A DNA stretch of 64,000 bases from Phycisphaerae bacterium (GTDB taxonomy: Bacteria; Planctomycetota; Phycisphaerae; UBA1845): NCBI GenBank assembly GCA_963666835.2, contig CAXXGO010000001.1:2080001-2144000 (forward strand), in the 5' to 3' direction. Shown in pieces: positions 1 through 8,531 of the stretch. The notes under the pieces were generated by a model. It was not told the DNA's origin and searched no databases. It saw only the letters and a program-made list of their open reading frames with translations. Position 1 is the stretch's first letter; each line of letters begins with the position of its first letter. Made by a program: the position numbers and the translations under genes.

Positions 1-184
1 CCCACGATTTCCATACTGACCTATGGGCTCTTTGCCATCGCGGCAACTTTCCTTTATGACTGAGGTATAAGAATGACGAAGCATTAGTTGGGCAGGCGAG
101 TAGCTCTCGCCGTAGTCGTGAGCTGGTGGAGTAACGCTCTTTCCTCCACTAGCTTGCGACTGCTCGACATAGAAGGAGCGAATA

Positions 185-1204
185 ATGGCGAAACGCAAAC
201 CGAAGAAGACCGCCAAGCCGATCCGGGTCGACGTTGCCCCCCGTGATGTGCTCCGGATGTACTGTGAGCAGTTCCCGGATGCGCTCACCCGATACCAACA
301 AGGCAAGCGATCAAACGACACCGCTCTCGATTCGCTCCGGGGCTGGCTGGATATACAACAACGTGTCGGCGGGGCAGATGACCACGTAGCCGAGTTCCGG
401 CGCCGGTTTGAGCTTACCCAGGCGGGATACGTCCGCGCGGTCGAGTGGCTGACGACTATAATTACGACGATCGGGGAGCTCGGCGCGGAGCTCAACCTAT
501 CCACAGACACGAAACCGGTGTACGTGCTGTTGTATGCTTTGCCGGGCGAGACGTCGGAGCACGTGACAGCGGCAGAGGGAACGGTACGCGGCTTATTGGC
601 TGATCTCTCGGTGATAGCATCGAAGGGGAAATCCGCGGATGGTGAAGAGGGTATGACAGGCTCGGATACGGTCGAATCCAAGCAGCAGGGGGCGGTGAAC
701 ATCCCCGATAAGGTGCAGGCCAAACCGAAAGATACGAGAACGAAAGAACAACGACTCGACGATATCAAGAGCTACATAGCCGGTCAAAAAGCTATCGAGA
801 AGGTGGTGGGAATCGAGGACATCGCCGCTGGTGCGAATTGTAGTACGGGGTTCGTTTCACAGTCGGCACCGTGGCAAGAATACAAGGAGTCCAAGAAGGT
901 AAGACAGAGTAAATCTGTGTGGACAACCAATTTGCTCGATCCCAATCGTGTCAATGCAGACGGAGACACCGCCCGCAGGCAGAAGCTCGGTCACGAGGCG
1001 AATGTGAACGACACCGACATGTTGATGGACATCGAGACGATTCGGGAGAAGTACCCGACATTATCTCCGCAAGAAGTCGCCCGAAAGGTCAGCGAGCTTG
1101 GCGATGAATATGAATGCACCGCCGGACATGTCGAGGCGTTCGACAATAGCCAGCGGATGAAATTCCTAACCGCCGAAACCGCTCAGCCTGTAGCCTGCTC
1201 GTGA
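185..1204 (+). CDS. Hypothetical protein of the element, possible HTH DNA-binding protein
   Basis: 339-aa ORF with RBS GAAGGAG and HTH-like segments (IEDIAAGANCSTGFVSQ; LSPQEVARKV). Confidence 0.55.
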   Translation: MAKRKPKKTAKPIRVDVAPRDVLRMYCEQFPDALTRYQQGKRSNDTALDSLRGWLDIQQRVGGADDHVAEFRRRFELTQAGYVRAVEWLTTIITTIGELGAELNLSTDTKPVYVLLYALPGETSEHVTAAEGTVRGLLADLSVIASKGKSADGEEGMTGSDTVESKQQGAVNIPDKVQAKPKDTRTKEQRLDDIKSYIAGQKAIEKVVGIEDIAAGANCSTGFVSQSAPWQEYKESKKVRQSKSVWTTNLLDPNRVNADGDTARRQKLGHEANVNDTDMLMDIETIREKYPTLSPQEVARKVSELGDEYECTAGHVEAFDNSQRMKFLTAETAQPVACS

Positions 1205-1342
1205 AATTTCATGAACTTTCACGCACACAATCCAGCCCCCAAAACGGCCATAACGACCCCGTAAAGGCCGTTCACATCTAACAACTCGTGAACACCGGGA
1301 TAGGTGAAAGCAATGTCGCTTTCCTAAACCTGGAGATTCACG
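1200..1342. promoter_or_regulatory. Operator-like array of GTGAA/TTCAC half-sites
   Basis: Near-perfect 24-bp palindrome CGTGAAATTTCATGAACTTTCACG (1200-1223), inverted pair GTTCAC..GTGAAC (1270-1293), further half-sites at 1304 and 1337. Confidence 0.5.
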
Positions 1343-1684
1343 ATGCAGAACGACGCAACGGACACACCGCCCCGGCTACTGACCACGGGGGAGATCGCCA
1401 AGCGGCTCGGCCAACGGGTTGACCGTATCGCCCGCATTCTGAGGACGAGACCACACATTCAGCCATCGGCAATGGCTGGCAACTCTCGGCTGTACGATCA
1501 TGAGTCCTACATCCTGATCTGCCGCGAGATCGCAACCATCGACGCACGGAAGACCGAGCGGAAGAGATTCATCGACAAGCTGTGCAAGGCGGCAACTGGC
1601 CCCGACCGAGCCTCTCGGCGGTTGTATTCAGACAGTGATGTGGAATTGAAGAAGCGGATGGGGCAGGAAGGCGGTGCCTCGTGA
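1343..1684 (+). CDS. MerR/excisionase-like HTH protein
   Basis: LTTGEIAKRLGQRVDRIARIL...AGNSRLYD winged-HTH pattern; RBS GGAG. Confidence 0.7.
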   Translation: MQNDATDTPPRLLTTGEIAKRLGQRVDRIARILRTRPHIQPSAMAGNSRLYDHESYILICREIATIDARKTERKRFIDKLCKAATGPDRASRRLYSDSDVELKKRMGQEGGAS

Positions 1685-1914
1685 AAGATCCATCCACACT
1701 CACCAGAAAAGAGATGACGGCGGCGCGGAAGGCTATACGTGAGCAGTGCCAATTGCTGAACGAAGCGGTCCTTAACGCGATGCATTGGCACGCTATGCGG
1801 CCATGTGTTGTAAGAAGGTACCTGAAGTATCTGACGGCAATTGAAGAGGAGTTCGTACGGGCTAAACCCCGAAAGGGCCCGAGGCGGAAAGGCGGCGCGG
1901 TCAATGAAGGATAA
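1681..1914 (+). CDS. Small hypothetical protein
   Basis: GTGA start/stop coupling to the upstream gene; overlaps the start of the next gene. Confidence 0.5.
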   Translation: MKDPSTLTRKEMTAARKAIREQCQLLNEAVLNAMHWHAMRPCVVRRYLKYLTAIEEEFVRAKPRKGPRRKGGAVNEG

Positions 1915-2383
1915 ACCCGTCATCATGATCGACCAGCGCGAGAAACTCCCGTGGAAGTTCGATAGCCCGACCGAATCTGCGTTGTTGCAGACCGCCGACT
2001 ACTCGATTCGGGGATTAGAACACCGGATCGCGATTGAGCGGAAGAGCCTTGACGACCTGCTCGGGTGTGTGGGCAGGAACCGCGAGAGGTTCACCCGTGA
2101 GCTCGAACGCCTCCAAGGTATTCAATGCCGATGCGTGGTGGTCGAGTCTAGTCTTGAGGATATCCGAGCAGGCTCATGGCGCCCGCAGATTACGCCAGCC
2201 CAGACCGTGGGCAGTATCGCTAGCTGGATGGCCAAGTTCAATGTCTGCTTCTTTCTCGCCGGCAACCGCGACTTAGCCGCAAGGTTCGCTGAGAGGTTTT
2301 TGGTCAACGCTGCCCGGACGTTGGCTTCCGAGTACGAGGCGGCTGTCGAGTTCCTCGAGGTGGCAGGAGGGCGAGATGGGTAG
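1904..2383 (+). CDS. ERCC4/XPF-family nuclease domain protein
   Basis: IDQRE, ADY and IERKSLDDL (ERKxxxD) motifs. Start moved to ATG 1904. Confidence 0.85.
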   Translation: MKDKPVIMIDQREKLPWKFDSPTESALLQTADYSIRGLEHRIAIERKSLDDLLGCVGRNRERFTRELERLQGIQCRCVVVESSLEDIRAGSWRPQITPAQTVGSIASWMAKFNVCFFLAGNRDLAARFAERFLVNAARTLASEYEAAVEFLEVAGGRDG

Positions 2384-4838
2384 TAATCAATGGCGAGAAG
2401 TCACCAAGGCTGAACCCTGCCCGATCTGCTCTCACGGCGATTGGTGCGCATTCTCGACAGACGGTTCTGCCTGCCGATGTATGCGACTGGATGCGCCATC
2501 GGCCGGATGGAAGTTCCTTCGGACTGATTCTGACGGGGGTAGTACCTTTCGGCGTACCGACGCAACCCCGACTCCGGCACCCGCGAAGCCAGACAAGCCC
2601 CGCAAGCGGCACGAGACCTTTGAGGGCGCGGTCAAAGCACTAGCTTGGAACGTTGAACGCTGTCAGAAGGAAGCCGGAAAGCGTATCGGTGCGGAGTTCG
2701 TCGCGTACTACCCATACGAGCGTCTCGACGAATCCGACAACGCAGTCGAAGTGAACCGGGAAGTCAGGTTCCTCGATCCCTCTGGCAAGAAGGAAATGAG
2801 ATGGTGTCATCAGGGCTCTGACAATCGTTGGGTGACCAAACGCGGAGATCATCGCGGCATCTTCGGGCTCGGTAATGTGCTCGCAGCACCTTCGGACACC
2901 CCGATCCTGATCGTCGAGGGCGCCAAGGTTGCTGTCCTCGCCAAGGATCTCGACCTGCTTGCGGTCACGTCTGGAGGATGCACTTCGGCTAAGCTGGTCG
3001 ACTGGTCCCCCCTCAGTGGTCGTGACGTAGTTGTCCTGCCCGATGCCGGTGAAGACGGAGCGAAGTACGCGGATGCCATACAAAGGGCACTCGCGAAGCT
3101 GAACTCTCCACCATCGGTCAAGGTTATTCGCCTGCCCGGGTTGGAGGACAGCGAGGACCTAGAAGAGTACATCGCAAACCAGCGTACCGCAGGTCTATCC
3201 GACGATGCCATCAGAGAGAAGATCGTGACGATGATTGAAGATGCCCCCAAAGCGGAACCACCAGCACCGGAGCCGGAACCGAAGAAGAAGCGTGCCGGTC
3301 CACCCATTGATGAGCAACTACTTAAGATGGTGCTTGATCGTTATGACATCCGACGTTCGATGGATGATAAGACCTTCGCCACATTGAAAGACGGCAAATC
3401 GTGCATCGTGCAGATGGTCAACACCGATCGTCGTGGGATATGCGGGGTCATGCGCAGAATGTATACCGATCGCCACGAGTATGCCAATCTGGATCAGTCG
3501 GTATTGAACAAGGTTGTTGCCACATTGGATTCACGGGGCGACGATCTAGATCGAGAGACAATCCATCTTCGTGTTGCCGATTATGGTGAGAACACATCGT
3601 ACTATGATCCGGGCTGGCGTTCGGGGCAGGCTATACAAATCGGCCCTGACGGTTGGGATGTTGTAGAGCGTCCTCCCGTATGGTTTCGACGAGCCCAGCT
3701 AACGTATCCAATGCCTGAGCCTGTGCGCGGTGGAGATCTTGATCGCCTACGTGAGCTTATCAACGTGCAGACCGATGCAGAATGGACGATGCTATTGGGA
3801 TGGTTAGTTGCATGTACGTTCGAGGTTATTGACCACCCTATTTGCTTTCTTGGCGGTCGTGCCGCCTCTGGTAAATCAACTGTAATGCACTTGATCACGA
3901 GCGCGATCGATTACCTGGGCGACGAGGATCTTGCGCCTCCAGAAGACCCACGAAGCTGGGCTGCTCTCGCCGACAATAGCTGGGTGATGCAGGCTGACAA
4001 CATATCGCATATCGATGCCGCATGGAGCAATACGTTGTGCAGCGGGGTGACTGGAGCAAGGAAACCCGACCGAGAGTTGTATACGAATACGGGGCTAGTC
4101 GTCATCGGTATGCGACGATGCATCATCCTAACGAGCATTGATGTAGGCAAGGTGCGCAGCGACTTGGCCTCCCGCCTCATGAAGATCAATCTCAAGCGAA
4201 TCGATAAGCCTCGTAAACCGAGGGTGCTGCGCGAGGCATTCAAGAGCGCTCACGGGGAGATCTTCGGCGGATTGCTCGACTTGAGCGCAAAGGTGCGAGG
4301 ACGATTGCCAAACATAACGGATACGGGATCGTTTCGTTGTGTGGACTACGCGTACATTCTCAAGGCTATTGACCAGGAACTCGGTACAACCGGGTTTGAT
4401 GCGTATGCAGCCATGCAAGCAGATTGCACACGTGCGGTGGTTGAGGATGATGTGGTGGGTGAGATGGTGGTGAAACTCGTGAGAGAGAATGGCGGGCGCT
4501 GGAGCGGGAAGATGAGAGATCTTTTTCAGATGCTGGATGGTCGCGCCGGAACGCCGAAGACACCTGCAACGCTGGGTAAGGCGATAAACCACATGGAGAA
4601 TTCGTTGGAGGCTATGGGGATTAGGTTTAAGAGTCGGCCGACTAATGATGCAAGGGTGTGGACGTTCTATGAGTTCGCATCGGATGTGGCCTCCGGAGAC
4701 GATCCCAACGTGCGGAAGTTCGCACCTGCGCCCAGCACAGACGAAGACCCATTCCCTCTGAATCCACCACCACCATCCCCGATGGAAGCGGAGGAAGTAT
4801 ATGTAGACGAGCACGGTGAGGAGTGTGGGACCATATGA
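2376..4838 (+). CDS. Primase-helicase (Zn-binding + TOPRIM + P-loop NTPase)
   Basis: CPICSHGDWC Zn finger, TOPRIM IVEG...PDAGEDG, Walker A GRAASGKST and downstream ADN motif. Confidence 0.85.
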   Translation: MGSNQWREVTKAEPCPICSHGDWCAFSTDGSACRCMRLDAPSAGWKFLRTDSDGGSTFRRTDATPTPAPAKPDKPRKRHETFEGAVKALAWNVERCQKEAGKRIGAEFVAYYPYERLDESDNAVEVNREVRFLDPSGKKEMRWCHQGSDNRWVTKRGDHRGIFGLGNVLAAPSDTPILIVEGAKVAVLAKDLDLLAVTSGGCTSAKLVDWSPLSGRDVVVLPDAGEDGAKYADAIQRALAKLNSPPSVKVIRLPGLEDSEDLEEYIANQRTAGLSDDAIREKIVTMIEDAPKAEPPAPEPEPKKKRAGPPIDEQLLKMVLDRYDIRRSMDDKTFATLKDGKSCIVQMVNTDRRGICGVMRRMYTDRHEYANLDQSVLNKVVATLDSRGDDLDRETIHLRVADYGENTSYYDPGWRSGQAIQIGPDGWDVVERPPVWFRRAQLTYPMPEPVRGGDLDRLRELINVQTDAEWTMLLGWLVACTFEVIDHPICFLGGRAASGKSTVMHLITSAIDYLGDEDLAPPEDPRSWAALADNSWVMQADNISHIDAAWSNTLCSGVTGARKPDRELYTNTGLVVIGMRRCIILTSIDVGKVRSDLASRLMKINLKRIDKPRKPRVLREAFKSAHGEIFGGLLDLSAKVRGRLPNITDTGSFRCVDYAYILKAIDQELGTTGFDAYAAMQADCTRAVVEDDVVGEMVVKLVRENGGRWSGKMRDLFQMLDGRAGTPKTPATLGKAINHMENSLEAMGIRFKSRPTNDARVWTFYEFASDVASGDDPNVRKFAPAPSTDEDPFPLNPPPPSPMEAEEVYVDEHGEECGTI

Positions 4839-5206
4839 CAGCAACAACACGACAGACATGCATGGTACTCGCAGAGCTTCGTCAGAAGGACATCGAGCTA
4901 TTCATCGGGGATGGGGAATTGCGGTACGTTCCTCGACAGGCAATGACAACGGAACTCCACGCGAGACTACAGGCCCATCGAGATGCCATTTTAACGGCAT
5001 TGTCTGACCCGTGCGATACGGCCTTGGCGATAGTCGACGATGTACTTGAGCGTGAGGGTTTTGACGCTGCTCTCGATCTTGGCGAGCACTTCGAGGAACG
5101 CGCAGCCGTGCGGGAGTTCGAGGGCGATGTCTCGCGAGAGCGGGCCGAATGCGGGGCGTTGCTGGATACTTGCTATCGGCTGAATGGTAGGGGGGTGGCA
5201 GAATGA
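4835..5206 (+). CDS. Phage-type small protein (TubC-N-like domain + FEERAA motif)
   Basis: ATGA coupling with the primase stop; ELFIGDGELRY..ELHARLQAHRDAIL and FEERAAVREFEG segments. Confidence 0.6.
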   Translation: MTATTRQTCMVLAELRQKDIELFIGDGELRYVPRQAMTTELHARLQAHRDAILTALSDPCDTALAIVDDVLEREGFDAALDLGEHFEERAAVREFEGDVSRERAECGALLDTCYRLNGRGVAE

Positions 5207-5499
5207 GTGACGCGCCACTAACCGCGCAGCAGGTCGCCGAGTATCTTCAATGCTCCGTGCAGCACGTGCGCAAACTCTGCCAGTGTGGGGCGCTCAAGTG
5301 TTCCCGCCTGCCCTCGCCGATCTCCGGCAAGATTGGACCGAAGGCTGAGTACCGGATCAGACAATCGGCGGTTGAGGAGATGTTGGGCATTGAGCCTATC
5401 AGAAAGCCTCGACGAAAGACCCTTACTCCTGCTCAGCGACGCCGGGCGCGGTCGGAATTAGAGTTGGCAAAGTCTCTGCTGCGCGCTGGAGCTGGGTAG
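5203..5499 (+). CDS. Excisionase-like HTH protein
   Basis: LTAQQVAEYLQCSVQHVRKLC...YRIRQSAVEE; next to the integrase. Confidence 0.8.
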   Translation: MSDAPLTAQQVAEYLQCSVQHVRKLCQCGALKCSRLPSPISGKIGPKAEYRIRQSAVEEMLGIEPIRKPRRKTLTPAQRRRARSELELAKSLLRAGAG

Positions 5500-6430
5500 A
5501 CCGGACTTGGGCGTACACTTGGACCATCTTCAGGTCGACATGCCCGAGCAGTTTCGCCACCACCTCAATAGGCGTACCGGCCTCCAACCACGTTTGAGCT
5601 GCAGTATGCCTGAGCGTGTACACCCCGCGAATACCATGCCGAGAGAGCGATCGAGACAGCGATCTACGCTTCCACGGTCCTCCTCGGCAATTGTGAAAGA
5701 CAAGCTCGCCCGGTGAGTGTGGTTCGGGGATTGACTCTAGAACCTCCATCGCTTGGGGTGGCAAGTAGATCGTGCGCGGTCGTCTGGTCTTGGCTGCGGT
5801 CTTGTGCTGATCGAGTACGCAAACCCGTTTCTCCATCCGGACCTGCTCCCATGTCAAAGAGATTGCCTCACTGGGACGGCAGCCGGTCGTGAGAATGAAC
5901 GTGGCGACTCGTTTAATCGTCGGGTTCAGGGTTGACCATGCCTTGGCGATGTTCTCCGGGCTCTCGTCGCGTGGATGCAGGATCTCTTTACGATGAGGTG
6001 CAGAATCGGGTGGCTTATCAATCCAGCCCTGAGCCGCAGCCCAACGACAGACGACCCTCGCCGTAGATGTGTAACGGTTGATCGTGCTGGGCTTGAGGTC
6101 CCGCGTATCGAGGTAATCACCGTAGGCGTGAAGGACAAGCGGATCGTGGAGAATGTCGAAGGGCGCATCTGTTGCGAAGTCCTCAACCCATCGGCCAGCC
6201 GCCCGGGCTAAGTTGTGGTTGGGTTTGGCCTCCTGGCACCATCGCCGATAGAGTTCAGCAATCGAGCTAGGAGCGCCCGCACGTCGCCCCAGACCACCGA
6301 GAATCTCTCCGGCCCGCTTGTATGCGACGGCCATGTCGGTCCCGAGGTGATGATCCTTGCCGCCGACCCGTAACCTGAAGTACGGATTTCGCCCCTTCTT
6401 CCGGATGCACTGAACTGTCGGTTCTCGCAT
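5423..6430 (-). CDS. Tyrosine recombinase/integrase
   Basis: Catalytic motifs TGCRPSEA (R), K, YTLRH, LLGH and VY (Tyr); RBS GGGAGG. Confidence 0.93.
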   Translation of the reverse strand: MREPTVQCIRKKGRNPYFRLRVGGKDHHLGTDMAVAYKRAGEILGGLGRRAGAPSSIAELYRRWCQEAKPNHNLARAAGRWVEDFATDAPFDILHDPLVLHAYGDYLDTRDLKPSTINRYTSTARVVCRWAAAQGWIDKPPDSAPHRKEILHPRDESPENIAKAWSTLNPTIKRVATFILTTGCRPSEAISLTWEQVRMEKRVCVLDQHKTAAKTRRPRTIYLPPQAMEVLESIPEPHSPGELVFHNCRGGPWKRRSLSRSLSRHGIRGVYTLRHTAAQTWLEAGTPIEVVAKLLGHVDLKMVQVYAQVRSTQLQRAAETLPTLIPTAPGVAEQE

Positions 6431-6805
6431 AATTCGCCTCCCTGCTAGCGCCCCCTCGAACCCTTCTTACGGCATCTTAAACGCGGTTGCGATTAGGTCA
6501 AGAGGGGGCGCTCGAAACGAGCAAACCACTATAATATAGGCACGAAACGCAATCCGTACCCCTTCTTATCAAAAATGGCGACAAGATCCGCGTCAAGGTC
6601 GAAAACCGCGAATACCAGGGCAAAGAGCACTGACGCCGGCCCGTACTCCGATCGTCTGCCCGCTGCTTGTGTCCGGCTCAGGGTTCATCCGCGGTTACCG
6701 TTGCCCCAATCCAGCGCCTGCCTTTACCCGGCTCGCTTCATTTGCGCCCTCCGGCGTCCGATAGAAACAGGAGAGTAGGTACGTACCGAGGGTCTTCGAG
6801 GCGAA

Positions 6806-7123
6806 ATGTCCGTACACGGCGGCCAACAACAGGATTCCGGATTCGACAAGACCACCGATCCCGCAGGTGGAGGGGCAGGGGCTCTGCCCTCGCGCCGCGC
6901 GATAGTAACCGGCGGGGTGAAGTTGGCTTTCGTTGCTCCGGTTCTGTCGACCTTCTTCGCCAGTCAGGCTTACGCCGCTAATTACAGTTGCTATCCGCTC
7001 GGGCACACGTGTGACACGGTCAGCGAGGGGAAACGGCAGCAGTGTTGCGGCGCGCTTACGTGCAAGGGACCTGATACGATTCCGGTTGATCCGGGCGATG
7101 TCGACGGTACGTGCCAGCCGTAA
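6806..7123 (+). CDS. Twin-arginine, Cys-rich (knottin-like) putative RiPP precursor
   Basis: SRRAIV Tat-like motif, FVAPVL motif, AYA|A signal peptidase site, then C62-x6-C69-x10-C80C81-x4-C86-x16-C103. First gene of an RRE-containing operon. Confidence 0.75.
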   Translation: MSVHGGQQQDSGFDKTTDPAGGGAGALPSRRAIVTGGVKLAFVAPVLSTFFASQAYAANYSCYPLGHTCDTVSEGKRQQCCGALTCKGPDTIPVDPGDVDGTCQP

Positions 7124-7205
7124 GGTCCGGTTGAGATTCCGGCAGGCTCTTGGTTGGGCCTGGAATGGAGCTCGCCGGAGAGACTGGATCCAAGGAAGGG
7201 TTGCC

Positions 7206-8531
7206 ATGTCCTCGGCAGCATCAGGGCGGACGGCTACGTTGTTCATAATCGCTTGTGCGCTGGGCGGGGCAGGCGTGTCCGGGACGCTGCTCAAGGCGCA
7301 CGACGGCGGTTGGCAGATCGCCAGCCGGGACGGCGTCGGTCTTATTCAGTATTGCAACGCTCAGATTATTCCCAACGCCGATTGCCCGCAGGTCATGGGC
7401 AGCCGCTGGGGGTCCTTCGATGCCCGGATCGGCTCACACCGAGTGTTGGTTCCCACCTCACTGATCGGCTTGGCGTACTTCGTTGCCGTGGCCGTCTGGT
7501 TTGGGATGGTCAGTCCCGGTGGGGTCCGGGGCGGTTGGACCTGGCCGATTACAATCCTCGCAGTGGCGGCAGGGCTCGCCGGATCGTTGTTTCTCGTGGT
7601 CATCATGGCGGTGTCGGTGAGTCGATGGTGCCCCCTTTGCGTGGTCGCACATCTGTTGAACGGGGCGATTGTCATAGCGACTTTGTGGTTGTGGCGACGC
7701 ACCAGGCGTAGTCCCGATTGCAGCGTGCCGGTTGTTCCGGGGATGATTCGTCTTCGCCGCCGGCTGGCGTGGTCTGCCGCAACAGTGGCTCTGGGGGCGG
7801 CCGTGGGATTCTGGCTCTACTTCGATGCGGTGACTGAAGCCCGTCGACAATGGCGAAAGTACACTCATTTGAAGCAAGCGGTAACCGCCCTGCAGGACGA
7901 CCCGCAACTCACGCTTCGGGCGTTCTATGCTCAAGAGGTCGTCGAAGACCTATGGGACGATCGAAACGCTGATTCGGAATGGGGGGTGAGTACGCTCCGT
8001 CCGCGGCTTACGGTGTTCACGGACTACGATTGTGGCCCCTGCGCATGCTTCGAGAGTACCCGCGAGCGGGTGATCAGCGTGGCCTTTACGGACGGCGTGG
8101 ATCTCCAGGTACGCTACTGCCCTGAAACCACCGGGACGGGGCGGGCAGACGTGTCGACTTTGGCGGCGAGCTGCGCCGCGGAAGCGGCTCGGCGCCAAGG
8201 CGGATCGGACGCGCAGCTACGCATGCATCGGTTGCTGTTCATTCACCGCCAGGCTGGTCCGCAACGAGACTACGCCGACTTGGCCCGGCAGGCCGGCCTT
8301 GACGTTGACCGATTCCTGGAAGATTGGCAAAGCGAGCCGGTGCGGGAGGCGGTTCTGAGCGATATTGGTCTGGCGAACTCTCTGAAGGTCTCCGCCCCGG
8401 CCGTGTTCCTCGAAGGTCGGCGCGTGCCGGACTTGTGCGTTGAGAGCCCGACCTTCTGGGAGGCGGTTTCGGCTGAGCTGGCCAAGGAACGGGTCGCGGC
8501 CTCGTCCGAGATCGGGGAGGAGCTGCGATGA
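7206..8531 (+). CDS. VKOR-DsbA/thioredoxin fusion (disulfide formation)
   Basis: VKOR loop Cys pair (YCNAQ..DCPQVMGSRW), TM helices and WCPLC. DsbA-like FTDYDCGPC and cis-Pro loop VSAPAVFLEG. ATG 7206 with RBS AAGGAAGG. Confidence 0.88.
   Translation: MSSAASGRTATLFIIACALGGAGVSGTLLKAHDGGWQIASRDGVGLIQYCNAQIIPNADCPQVMGSRWGSFDARIGSHRVLVPTSLIGLAYFVAVAVWFGMVSPGGVRGGWTWPITILAVAAGLAGSLFLVVIMAVSVSRWCPLCVVAHLLNGAIVIATLWLWRRTRRSPDCSVPVVPGMIRLRRRLAWSAATVALGAAVGFWLYFDAVTEARRQWRKYTHLKQAVTALQDDPQLTLRAFYAQEVVEDLWDDRNADSEWGVSTLRPRLTVFTDYDCGPCACFESTRERVISVAFTDGVDLQVRYCPETTGTGRADVSTLAASCAAEAARRQGGSDAQLRMHRLLFIHRQAGPQRDYADLARQAGLDVDRFLEDWQSEPVREAVLSDIGLANSLKVSAPAVFLEGRRVPDLCVESPTFWEAVSAELAKERVAASSEIGEELR

Larger units (their letters stand above)
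1..6570. mobile_element. Integrative phage-satellite/ICE-like element (left part outside window)
   Basis: Co-oriented HTH, ERCC4 nuclease, primase-helicase and excisionase genes, plus a convergent tyrosine integrase. No capsid genes in the window. Right boundary approximate; no att core identified. Confidence 0.8.

Noticed and set aside
6933..7205. N-terminal extension of the 532-aa VKOR ORF over the precursor gene
   Set aside because: Arg-rich non-protein-like sequence. ATG 7206 has a good RBS and starts the VKOR TM domain; the precursor frame explains the region better.
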